Of a stretch of 64,000 bases of DNA, positions 35,379-45,700 are shown one piece after another. The position numbers and the translations under genes are program-made. The notes beneath the pieces were generated by a model. That model was given only the letters and a program-made list of their open reading frames with translations, was not told where the DNA came from and made no database searches. Within the stretch, counting starts at the first letter, position 1. The number at the start of each line of letters is the position of its first letter. Where the stretch lies: IMG/VR virus record IMGVR_UViG_3300030202_003277; one strand, 5' to 3'. The DNA comes from an uncultured virus (IMG/VR IMGVR_UViG_3300030202_003277). Its lineage: Duplodnaviria > Heunggongvirae > Uroviricota > Caudoviricetes.

Positions 35379-36443
35379 ATGGAAGAAAATGTAAATGAAA
35401 AAGAAGAGGTAGTTGTTGATAATTCAACACCTACAATAGAAAATAATGAAGATACGTCAGTAGTAGAAAGTAATACAGAAACAAAAGAAGATAATTCTTT
35501 TGACGCTTCTTTATTTGTTGAAGCATCTTCAATGGCTGATAGTCCAGAAGTTGCTAAAAAGCCAGAAGTAGAAAAAGCTGAAGATACAGTCAAAGAAGAT
35601 ACATCTGATGATTTTGTTTGGGATTACCCTACAGAAGCAAAAGACAACAAAGAAATTGTTACTGATACAACAAAAGAAGAACTTCAAGAACAACCTACAA
35701 CTATTGAAAATAGTTTTAAATGGGAAGATACAGGAATTGAAGGAGTAACTACAAAAGAAGAATTTGATAATAAGATTGCAGAATATAAAGCTTTAGAAGA
35801 AAAATTAACTGAGTATAAAACTCAAAATGTAAAGTCTGATAAAATAACAAAATTGAGAAATTTTGTATCAATGGAAGATAAAGAGCTTGTAAAGAAAGAT
35901 TTAGAAATGCAAGGCTTTAAAGAAGAAAAATTAGACGAAGCTTTAGATATTTATGATGCTAATGGTACTATGGATATTGAAGCACAAAAAATTAGAAATA
36001 CGCTTAACAAAGCAATACGCAATGAAGAGCATAATGAATTAAATCGTGAGCGTGATAATGAAGCAAAGCTTCAAAAAGAACGTGAAGATTCAATGGCAGA
36101 ATTAAAAAATCATTTAGAAAAAACTGAAACAATGTTTGGTTTTAAAATGGCTAAAGATTCTGATAGTTTAAATAAAGTGAGAGGTGATCATTATGAATAC
36201 ATAACATCAGGATCTTTTTTAAAAAGTGTTACAGAAAGTAATCAAAATGTTTCAGAAGCAGCATGGCTGTGGAAAAACAAAGATACTATCTTAAAAGCAA
36301 TGAAAAACCAAGGATATCAAAAAGGCAAGAAGGAAATTTTGGATAACATTCAAAGACCTGAAATTCCTGGAACTACAAGAATATTAGATCCGACTGGAAA
36401 ATCAGATGAATTTAATCCTAATTCTTTTATGTTTGGAGGTTAA
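35379..36443 (+). CDS. Putative scaffolding protein
   Basis: Acidic low-complexity N-terminus and coiled coil, between portal and capsid genes. Confidence 0.6.
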   Translation: MEENVNEKEEVVVDNSTPTIENNEDTSVVESNTETKEDNSFDASLFVEASSMADSPEVAKKPEVEKAEDTVKEDTSDDFVWDYPTEAKDNKEIVTDTTKEELQEQPTTIENSFKWEDTGIEGVTTKEEFDNKIAEYKALEEKLTEYKTQNVKSDKITKLRNFVSMEDKELVKKDLEMQGFKEEKLDEALDIYDANGTMDIEAQKIRNTLNKAIRNEEHNELNRERDNEAKLQKEREDSMAELKNHLEKTETMFGFKMAKDSDSLNKVRGDHYEYITSGSFLKSVTESNQNVSEAAWLWKNKDTILKAMKNQGYQKGKKEILDNIQRPEIPGTTRILDPTGKSDEFNPNSFMFGG

Positions 36444-36485
36444 GAAACAGAAACATTCGATAATTATTAATATAAAAATGAAAAG

Positions 36486-37859
36486 ATGAAATTTCATAGT
36501 GGAACTTATGGGAAGGAAACGATTGAAAGTAATGCTTTGGTAACAAACTTACTAAAGTATCCTGAAATCGCACGAAACTTAATTCGTCAATACCCACAAT
36601 ACTCATTAACATATTTTGTTGATGGAACTTCAAGGTTTGCTAAAGAAGAACTTATTGGTGAAAATGCATTTAGATGGTCTATTTTAGGTAGAACTAACAG
36701 ACCTTCAACTTGTACTGGAACTAACGTAGGTAACGGACTTGGTTTAACTCAATTCGAAGTAGAATTTGAAGAAAATTATTTAAACCCTAACGATGTAATC
36801 AGATTTGCTGATAAAGCTCAAGCTGTAGTTGTTGGAGAGCCTTCTGCAACTGCAGGTGGATATACTTTCCAATTAAAGCTTATGACTACTGATGTTGCTT
36901 TAGCTGTTAGTGCTGCTGCATTACTTGCTGGTGTTACAGTTGGTAAAGTTGGTACTGCATTTACAGAAAGCTCTGAAAGAGGTTACGAAAATCACGTTTA
37001 CCCAGATTGGTATATCAATCACTTAGGTATCAACAGAAAAGCTAAATCAATTAGTGGTTCAGCTCTTACTGATGTTACTTGGATTGAAGCTGGTGGACAA
37101 AGATTGTGGTATTTTGCTGATCAAGAGATTGCAATGGATGAATATCTTTATGAGCTTGAATTAGACTCATGGTATTCTACTTCTACAATGGATGCTAACA
37201 ACAACTCTTCTGTTTTTGATTTAAATGGCAAGCCACTTGTAAAAGGTGATGGTATCTTAAGACAAATTGATGCTGCTAACGTTGATACTTATTCTGGTCC
37301 TTTGACTGAAAAAAGATTAACTGATTTCTTAGCTCAATTGAAATTAAATACTGGTGAGAAAAATGCTCATTGGATGGTATTTACTGGTACTGCCGGTATG
37401 GTTGCTTTCCATGAAGCAATGAAAGATTTAGTATACCCAAGTGGTAACTTAATCTATGATGCATTGATAGGTAAGGATATGGAAATTGGTGTTAACTTTA
37501 CAAGTTATAACGCTATTGGTCAGAGAATGACTCTTGTTCATAATCCTCTATTTGATGATCCAAACTTGCATGGCAATGATATTGACCCAGCAACTGGATA
37601 TCCTAAAGAAAGCTTCAGAATGGTATTCTTAAATATGGGAACAACTAATGGTGTTTCTAACATTGAGAAGAAAGTTAAGGGAGCTGGTGGCATTAACCGT
37701 TCTATGATTATTAAATATATTCCTGGTATGGTTGATCCTTTTGATCAAGGTTCAATGAGAGCTGCAAATTCAAGAGATGCTTTCACATGTGAGATTCTTT
37801 CAGAATCTGGTATTGTGGTAAGAAATCCTCTTTCTTGTGGTCAACTTATTTTTGCATAA
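36486..37859 (+). CDS. Major capsid protein
   Basis: Position, size, highly biased codons; GDGILRQI, VFTGTAGM, VHNPLFDD crAss-type motifs. Confidence 0.88.
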   Translation: MKFHSGTYGKETIESNALVTNLLKYPEIARNLIRQYPQYSLTYFVDGTSRFAKEELIGENAFRWSILGRTNRPSTCTGTNVGNGLGLTQFEVEFEENYLNPNDVIRFADKAQAVVVGEPSATAGGYTFQLKLMTTDVALAVSAAALLAGVTVGKVGTAFTESSERGYENHVYPDWYINHLGINRKAKSISGSALTDVTWIEAGGQRLWYFADQEIAMDEYLYELELDSWYSTSTMDANNNSSVFDLNGKPLVKGDGILRQIDAANVDTYSGPLTEKRLTDFLAQLKLNTGEKNAHWMVFTGTAGMVAFHEAMKDLVYPSGNLIYDALIGKDMEIGVNFTSYNAIGQRMTLVHNPLFDDPNLHGNDIDPATGYPKESFRMVFLNMGTTNGVSNIEKKVKGAGGINRSMIIKYIPGMVDPFDQGSMRAANSRDAFTCEILSESGIVVRNPLSCGQLIFA

Positions 37860-37882
37860 ATTAATATTATTAACTGAAAGTA

Positions 37883-38620
37883 ATGGAAAAAGTAAAAGAA
37901 ACTGATGAAGTACAAGAAATGCTAAGTTTGTGTATAACAACTGGCAGTGCTGAAATTAGATTAAAAGATCATAAAAGAACAGGTTCAATAACAGTTAGAG
38001 ATTATACAGATGTTGAAACAGGTGAATTAATGCGTTTTATAGATAAATATGGTAATACTAAAGTAACTCGTTTTACTAAAAATAGAACCTATAATTTAAC
38101 AGACTCTAATCAAGCATTAGAGTATCATCACGTAAAAAATCATCCATTATATTGTAATGGACCGACACCAGTTTTAGAAGCTATTAATCTTGAAAAACAA
38201 GCAGCTGAAGATGTTTATCAAAAAGATTTAGAAGCAGAAGCTAATTACATAGTTCGAAAACTATCAGGAGAAAAACTTAGAGATTTTGCTCGTGTTTTAC
38301 TTGTAGGTAAGAGAATTAAAATTGGCGAAAAAACTTCTGATAACGTTCTGAAGCGTGAAATATATATGTTAGCTGAAGAGTCAGACCCAACGGGTAAGAC
38401 TGGAGCTCAAAAAATTGTAGAAGCATGGGAAAATCCTGAAAGAAGTTTGAGAGAACTTTTACAAAAAGGAGTTTCTAATAATACTTTTATGATTAGAGAT
38501 GGTGTATATTTTTACGGAAAACAGAAAATGGGTACAACATTAGAGTATGCTATTGAATGGTTTAATGAGAATAAAGACATATTACCTCAAATAAGAAAAG
38601 AAGTAAACTCTAAGAAATGA
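37883..38620 (+). CDS. Conserved post-capsid virion protein
   Basis: Synteny with the crAss-like head-tail block. Confidence 0.5.
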   Translation: MEKVKETDEVQEMLSLCITTGSAEIRLKDHKRTGSITVRDYTDVETGELMRFIDKYGNTKVTRFTKNRTYNLTDSNQALEYHHVKNHPLYCNGPTPVLEAINLEKQAAEDVYQKDLEAEANYIVRKLSGEKLRDFARVLLVGKRIKIGEKTSDNVLKREIYMLAEESDPTGKTGAQKIVEAWENPERSLRELLQKGVSNNTFMIRDGVYFYGKQKMGTTLEYAIEWFNENKDILPQIRKEVNSKK

Positions 38621-39249
38621 CAATAGCCGAAATGCATAGTACAATTGATTTGCTTTTAGATAAAGCAGATGCTCCATGGTTTAATCCGACAGAAAAAGAT
38701 AATTATCTTAATCTTGCTCAGATTGAATTTGTGGAAACAAGGTACACGCAATTTGAAGCTATTGAAAAACGAAGAGAAGAACTTTTACCTCTTGTTAAAA
38801 AGGTAACTTATACTGGAGTTAATATAATTAATTTAACATCGATTAGTGAATTTCTTTATGTGTTAAGCTTACAAGCATATATAACCGACAGCTGTGTTCC
38901 TACTGGTACACGAATAGAACCAATTCATCCTATACAGTTAGATGATTTCGCTGGTGCCGAAAGGGATCCTTGGAATAAAACAACTGATGAAAATATAGGA
39001 TATACACAATATAATGATGGAGCTGGTAATAACACCCTTGAGGTGCATAGTACTAATGTTCCATCAAGTGTAGATATGTTTTATTTAAAAAGACCTGTAG
39101 ATGTAAGTATTACTGTTCCTACAAATAGTGAACTACCCGTTAGTACACATGAAGAGATAGTAAATATTGCAGTTAGAAAGATGATGATGACAATTCAAGA
39201 TCAAAATTATCAAGTACAAATGAATGAAATACAGCAACAAGGTCAATAA
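38617..39249 (+). CDS. Tail ring / head-tail adaptor protein
   Basis: EKDNYLNLAQ..YLKRP..ELPVSTHEEIVNIAV. Confidence 0.7.
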   Translation: MTIAEMHSTIDLLLDKADAPWFNPTEKDNYLNLAQIEFVETRYTQFEAIEKRREELLPLVKKVTYTGVNIINLTSISEFLYVLSLQAYITDSCVPTGTRIEPIHPIQLDDFAGAERDPWNKTTDENIGYTQYNDGAGNNTLEVHSTNVPSSVDMFYLKRPVDVSITVPTNSELPVSTHEEIVNIAVRKMMMTIQDQNYQVQMNEIQQQGQ

Positions 39250-39261
39250 AAATTATAAGTT

Positions 39262-39564
39262 ATGGCAAAAAAGAAAACATATGAGATAGCAGAATTAAGT
39301 ACAAAAAAAGTAGTAGAATTACATAAGATTGCTTCTTCTGTAGGAATTAAGAATGTCAAAAAACATTCAAAAGCTGAATTACTAAAATTAATAGTTGGTA
39401 AAGAAGTTGTTTCTATAGAAAGTAAACCAAAGCCAAAAGCTAAAAAGGTTGTTAAAAAATCAAAACCTAAAGCTAAAAAGGTAGAAGTTAAAGTAGAAGA
39501 TAAATCTGGATTAGTTAAGTTTCATAGAAAGTTACCTAAGCGTAGTTCAATGACTTGGAGATAA
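39262..39564 (+). CDS. Rho-N-like (HeH) nucleic-acid-binding protein with Lys-rich tail
   Basis: ELSTKKVVELHKIASSVGIKNVKKHSKAELLKLI. Confidence 0.65.
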   Translation: MAKKKTYEIAELSTKKVVELHKIASSVGIKNVKKHSKAELLKLIVGKEVVSIESKPKPKAKKVVKKSKPKAKKVEVKVEDKSGLVKFHRKLPKRSSMTWR

Positions 39565-39589
39565 AGTTTAATAGTTAATACAAATAAAA

Positions 39590-40294
39590 ATGGAAATAGG
39601 TAGATCCTACATAGCGTTTAACGCTGAAGCTCATAGTCCGTCTTTAACAGCGGGCATGATAGACATAACACCTTCTTTCGTAGTTCCAACAAATTCACTT
39701 GCTGGTCAAGCAACATCAATGGCAGTTATTGCAACTGCTACTGGAGTGCCTGCTCAGAATGTAATTACATTTGGTGGAACTTTTGTAGCTGGAGATGATA
39801 TTACTGTAACAGTAGTTAGCAGTGCAACATCTCGTCAGTTATGGAGAAAGAGTTATTATTACACAGTACAACCTGGTGACGCATTAAATGATGTCGCTAC
39901 GGCAATTGGTAACCAAATAGAAGCAGATGGACTTCAAAGTGAAACTCCATATACTGGAGCTGTTGCTGCACCGGCTGTAACTATAGCATTAAAAAGTGAT
40001 GATACTGATTCACTAAATGTTACAGTTTACACTAATTCGGCTGCTGGTACTTTGACTCCTGTAGCTACTGCAGCTACTATTTCAGAAGGGCAACCATCTG
40101 ATTTATTAGACAAAGGGGTTCCAGCTGAAGATATTCTTTCTGCTACGTATGATACGTACAGATTTGAATACAGACCAACTGTTGCACAACCATTCATTGA
40201 TATGGAAGGAAAGAAATCAATTGAGATTTATTTCTTTAGTGCTACTGGTGGTGGTGGAGCTGCTGCTTTAAAAGCGTTAATTGACGCTCTTTAA
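39590..40294 (+). CDS. Putative auxiliary capsid/decoration protein
   Basis: A/T/G-rich, biased codons, followed by a terminator. Confidence 0.5.
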   Translation: MEIGRSYIAFNAEAHSPSLTAGMIDITPSFVVPTNSLAGQATSMAVIATATGVPAQNVITFGGTFVAGDDITVTVVSSATSRQLWRKSYYYTVQPGDALNDVATAIGNQIEADGLQSETPYTGAVAAPAVTIALKSDDTDSLNVTVYTNSAAGTLTPVATAATISEGQPSDLLDKGVPAEDILSATYDTYRFEYRPTVAQPFIDMEGKKSIEIYFFSATGGGGAAALKALIDAL

Positions 40295-40318
40295 GAAGTA
40301 AGAATAGTTATAAATTAT

Positions 40319-40347
40319 AGGGAGTAATCTTAGTGTTACTCCCTTTT
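40319..40347 (+). terminator. Intrinsic terminator
   Basis: AGGGAGTAAT-loop-GTTACTCCCT-TTT. Confidence 0.7.
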
Positions 40348-40360
40348 ATAAAGAATTGGT

Positions 40361-41062
40361 ATGCCAACTTTAAATGAATTTGCTTATAATATTCGTAACA
40401 TTGGTAGAGCTGGAAATAGTGATGCAGATGATGAAAACATCAAAATCAGTATGGTTAAGTTCTGGATTAATGGTTACAGAGCTAAATTAATATTTGAGTT
40501 TACTAATGCTGGTAAATTAATTGACCCTCAATTAGTACAAGATTTAGGTGTTGTTCCTTTAGAAGAAGTTGATAAAGCTGATTCTGATTGCCCTGAATGT
40601 GTCAAATGGGGTTGTAATATTTATAAAGTAGATATTCCTAAATTAGTTGATTTACCAAACAATAGAGGTTTATTATTTGTCGGATTAATTGACAAACAAA
40701 CTCCTATTGCTTTAGATTATCCAGATACTTCTAAATTTAAAAGAGCTACACGATTTGGTAATAAATTTGATCGTTCATATTTGATTGGTAATACTTTATA
40801 TGTTACCACTACAAATGAAAATCTTGATTTAAAGTATATTAATATTAGAGGTGTGTTTGAAGACCCAAGAGAGGCTTTCAATTATGTTGCACCTGGTTGT
40901 GATAAAAAATGTTATAGTGATGATGATCCTTATCCAATACCAATGCGTATGTATGAGCCAATTACTAAAAACATATTACAATCTGAATTAAACATGGCAA
41001 TTAATGCAGTCAATGACGAGTTAAACGATGGAAGACAAAACTATCAAGAGCAAGGACAATGA
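40361..41062 (+). CDS. Tail ring protein
   Basis: TLNEFAYNI..INIRGVFEDP..YPIP pattern of crAss-like ring proteins. Confidence 0.7.
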   Translation: MPTLNEFAYNIRNIGRAGNSDADDENIKISMVKFWINGYRAKLIFEFTNAGKLIDPQLVQDLGVVPLEEVDKADSDCPECVKWGCNIYKVDIPKLVDLPNNRGLLFVGLIDKQTPIALDYPDTSKFKRATRFGNKFDRSYLIGNTLYVTTTNENLDLKYINIRGVFEDPREAFNYVAPGCDKKCYSDDDPYPIPMRMYEPITKNILQSELNMAINAVNDELNDGRQNYQEQGQ

Positions 41063-41564
41063 TGGTGCTTTAACATTATATGGTATATATTTAAGGTCAA
41101 AGGAAGATGTAAATATAGATATATCTAAATTAAACAAAGGTCGCACTAATGTTAAAAATATAGGTTACAGACTATATGGTGACATCATACGCTCATATTT
41201 TAGCATTGTTTTTAGACAAATCATAAAAGGATATACCTATCCTCTGCTAAATAAATTCGGTTGGCTTAAAGTAGTAAAAACGTTGTGTACACGTTATAAT
41301 CCAAGTACATATAGTTTTAAAAAGATTGATGGTAAAATCATTCGTAAAAAAATTGAATTAAATGTCAATAAAACGGATGGTTTTTTTTATTTTGTATTTT
41401 GGGATTGTCCAAAAAAATATAGACATTATAGATTGAAGGTTTCTCCAAAATGGAAAAGATTATTATTTAAAGGTGTAATAGAAGATGAAATGGATTATCC
41501 AGATTATAGCTTATTAAGATATGGTAGAAATGCATCAAATAGTTACATACAAAAAATAAAATAA
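41028..41564 (+). CDS. IHF-like protein of the tail block
   Basis: IIKGYTYPLLNKFGWLKV; synteny before the tail tubular protein. Confidence 0.55.
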   Translation: MEDKTIKSKDNDGALTLYGIYLRSKEDVNIDISKLNKGRTNVKNIGYRLYGDIIRSYFSIVFRQIIKGYTYPLLNKFGWLKVVKTLCTRYNPSTYSFKKIDGKIIRKKIELNVNKTDGFFYFVFWDCPKKYRHYRLKVSPKWKRLLFKGVIEDEMDYPDYSLLRYGRNASNSYIQKIK

Positions 41565-41565
41565 A

Positions 41566-42744
41566 ATGAGTAACAATAAAGTTTCAATACATACAATAAT
41601 AGGTAATGTTATTGGCAATTTAGGAATTAGAAATGTTAATAATGTTATAGATGATTTTGCTCGTTGGGCTGTAGATGCTGAAATGAAAATTGGAAGTGAA
41701 GGAGCTTATAGAAGATTTGAATGTGAATTAGATATAAAAGAAAGAAGAGCATGTTTACCAGATAATTTTATTACACTTATAGCTGTAAAAAAAGGAGCTA
41801 ATATTTTAGATATGTCAACACAAAGTTTTAAGCTTATGAATAAAGGAGCTGAAACAGGTGTTGCTAATTCTAACAGTAATTTTGTTAGCGGCAACTATCA
41901 ACCATTTGATCCAGGAGCACCTAATGTTTTATCTACAGAATTTTTTGGAACATATATAGGTGGAGAAATAATTAATTTAACAGTATCTGCTAATAGAAAT
42001 GGAACTATTTCAGTAAATACATTTTCTTATGTTGTAGTTGGTGGAGATACTTTAAATGATATAGCTTTAGCTTTTGAATCTCAATTTATGGCTGTATCTA
42101 ATTTAGGATATTCCGTTGTAGCTTCTGGAGGTGTTTTAAATTTAACTGCTAATGATAATTTAACAACAATGCAAATTACACCATTTACTGACAGTTTAGG
42201 AGGAACTATTGAGGTTAAGGTTTTGCAAAACAGAAGATTACCTTCTTCTTGTAACATTGAACAAGGAGATAATAATACAATAAAATTTCAATCTAATAAT
42301 TTATCTGAATTACAATTAAACAATTTAAATACTGGTAGTAGTGCATCAGGTGATAATGGAGTTAATTTTTGGGGGAGAGCTGGTGCATTTACTTCATTTG
42401 CAAGTAAATTTACTATGGAAAATGGTTATTTATATTTTAATCAATTAGATGATACTAAAGTAGGAATTGCATATTGGGGAGTAGATTTAGATGAAGAAGG
42501 GTGGCCGCTAATTAATGAATTACATGAAGATGCAGTTACGCATTATTTAATGTATATGTATAAAGCAAGAGATTATTATGCAGGTAAATTACCTCAAAAT
42601 GTATATAAAGAAATGCAAGCAAGATGGTTTTGGCTTTGTGGTCAAGCTCGTGGAGATGATGAAATGCCTGGAGAAACTGAATTAAGACAGCTATCTAATA
42701 TGTGGGCTCAAGTATTACCATTACGAAATAAAAACTTCTTTTAA
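41566..42744 (+). CDS. Tail tubular (ring) protein with inserted domain
   Basis: ACLPDNF, ENGYLYFN, AYWGVDLDEEGWPLI motifs. Confidence 0.7.
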   Translation: MSNNKVSIHTIIGNVIGNLGIRNVNNVIDDFARWAVDAEMKIGSEGAYRRFECELDIKERRACLPDNFITLIAVKKGANILDMSTQSFKLMNKGAETGVANSNSNFVSGNYQPFDPGAPNVLSTEFFGTYIGGEIINLTVSANRNGTISVNTFSYVVVGGDTLNDIALAFESQFMAVSNLGYSVVASGGVLNLTANDNLTTMQITPFTDSLGGTIEVKVLQNRRLPSSCNIEQGDNNTIKFQSNNLSELQLNNLNTGSSASGDNGVNFWGRAGAFTSFASKFTMENGYLYFNQLDDTKVGIAYWGVDLDEEGWPLINELHEDAVTHYLMYMYKARDYYAGKLPQNVYKEMQARWFWLCGQARGDDEMPGETELRQLSNMWAQVLPLRNKNFF

Positions 42745-45700
42745 TGGCTCAATCTGGCAAAAATAGAACCATGAATACCTTTCAAGATGGTATGCGTATG
42801 GATGTTGATAAATTAAATCAACCTAATTCTTCATTTAGATATGGATTAAATGGTAGGTTAATATACAATAGAGATGGAACATATGCGTGGGAAACTGAAA
42901 GAGGTAATAAATTAAGTATAAATTATAAACCAGATAATGATAGTGGTTTAGCTGGAAATAATTATAAACCTATAGGGTGGACAGGTAAGAGTAATTTAAT
43001 AGTAATTTTTTCTACAGATGAAGTTTCTGGTTATAGTGAAATCGGTTTATTAATAATAAATGAAAATGGTGTTTCTCAATACAGAACAATGTTTAATGAC
43101 ATTAATGACCCTAATGGCGAGTTGTTAAATTTTAATGTTAAAAATCAAATAGAAGCACGTTTTATTTATGAAACAGATAAATTACTTAGGGCTTATTGGG
43201 TAGATGGAGTTAAAAATAATAGTAATCAACCCAGATCATATACTTTTTCTTATGATAATACATTACCTGAAAATGATTTAAATGCTTATACACCTTTATC
43301 TAATTCTACTCATGACATTAATTTACAGAGTAGTTTTAATATGGGATTAATCAAATACAATAAAACTATTTCTGGTGGTGGTAATAAATTATCAGGTTCT
43401 TATCAATACACATATAGGTTAGTTACAAATGTAGGATATAGAACTCCTTGGAAACCTTTAACTAATCCAGTTATTTTAACAACAGATCAAGTTACAGGTT
43501 CTAATCCATGGGAATATGAAATGGAAGGAAGTGGAATTGATACTGGTAAAGCTATTGAAATAGAAATTAAAGGAATTGACCAAAGATATGATGAAATAGA
43601 GGTTTGTTATGTTTATTTAGAAACTGATTCAATACCTACACAAGCTGCAATATTTGAAATTACTCCTATAGATGGTACTACAATGACATTTGTAGATAGT
43701 ACAATGGACGGAGAACCTATTACAATAGATGAATTGCCAGTTTTTTTTCAAGGTATTAGAGCTGCTAAAACAATCAATATAAAAGATGAAAGTCTTTATT
43801 TAGGAAATACTATTGAATCATCATTTGAATTAAATGATTTAGAAGCTATTTTAGAAAACATAACAGTTACTCCTTATTTTAAAAACATTAGATCGGATGA
43901 ATATTCTATTGGTGCATTTCAAGATGGTCGAGATGTAATTGGCATAGGTTCAAAACCACCTATACACAGACAAAGTGTAGTAGCAAATAGTACTGCTACA
44001 ATGATGTTACATGACCAACCTGGAGGTACTGAAGATTATAGTGTAATTGATGAATATTCTAATTATAAAGGAACTCAAATTTCACATTTAAATAAAGGGT
44101 ATTTTAGAGGGGAAACATATCGTTATGGTATTGTATTTTTTGATTTATTAGGTTATCAAAGTTTTGTATATCATTTATTTGATTTAGAAACACCAGAGCA
44201 ATATAGTAATACTTATAATGCAACAAGATTAAAATCTGATGGATCTACAGTAGCTGTTCCAGTAGTTACTTTAGCAGAAAGAGCTTGGACAACATGTAAT
44301 TTTGGAGATTATTTTGATGATGATGCTATTAATGGTTTAAGTGGTAGTAATACAGCTGTATCTTATTTAAGAATAATGGGAGTTAAAGTAGGTGGTATTG
44401 ATATATCTACAGTTAAAAGTCAAATTAGTGGCTTTATGATTGTAAGGGCAAAATGCGAACCTCAAATATTAATGCAAGGATTAGTTATGCCTTGTGTAAA
44501 AGAAAATAATACTACAAGACCGGCACCTTATGGTCATGATAGATGGTATGATATAACTAACGGTGCTAATCCTTCTACTATTACTAATGTAGGAGATATG
44601 CAATTAAACGCAGCTGTTAGTATAGTTACTGGAAGTGAATATGAATTAAGACCAAATACTTCTGTTTTTTATCCTACTGATTTAGATTTTGGATATTCAC
44701 AATTACCAAATGTACAAACAGCTGATAGAATAAAATTAGTAAGTACTTGTTATCAGATAGGACATGATTGTGTTGGAGATGAAGATGATGGTTCAGGGTG
44801 TTGGGATTATTTAAATCAATATTTTACATGGGAAGATGATACTGCTTCTCTTTTTCCACCTTATACAAGTTTTGCAGATAGAGGAAGAGAAGGTGTAAGA
44901 AAATTATATAGAACAAAAAATGATTATCAAGGTTATGCAGATTTACCAGCAACAATAAACGATCCATATCCAGCTCATGGAGTTGAAGCAGATGTAAGTT
45001 TTCTAATTAATTTGGGATTAGGAGATACTGTTGATAATTATGAACCAGGATTAGATTTAGATAATACTACTGAATTTGATAATGGTTTTCACATGGGTTA
45101 TGAAAAATTTAAACAACATAAAGCATGGGGAAAAGGAAATTCTGTATTTATTAAACATGGTGATTTTACACCATTTGATGGTAGTGGGGTTGCTAAACCT
45201 TGGAATCCATTTTTTCAAACTCCAAGTTCTGATTTGCCAGACCCTACATATATGGGTAGTTGGATAATGAATTATTTAAGACCAAATAATAATCCTTATG
45301 GCGGAGTATCAAGATCATCTTTAGAACGAACTGTATTTTTTAGTGTAGGACATTTTCAACCTGTTAATAATCCAACATTTGATGCTCAGGGAATGCCAGC
45401 AACAGATATATTCAATGGTATAGAAATTTGGGGTGGTGATTGTATATTAGATTATATGGGGTTTGCAAGATTATATCCAAGAATGAGAGATCCTTTTAAT
45501 TGGAATAATACACCTTTTGAATACGGTATTGGAGAACTTTACCCATTAGAAAGTAGAGTACATCATCCATTAAGAAATGCTCCATCTCAACAAGACCCAA
45601 TATTTAGTAATGTAGGTTTAAGACCACAAAAAGAATTACAAGTAGGTGGAACAGATTGGCCAGATGGAATTTATTATGCTGCTGAATCTGAATTAAGAGA

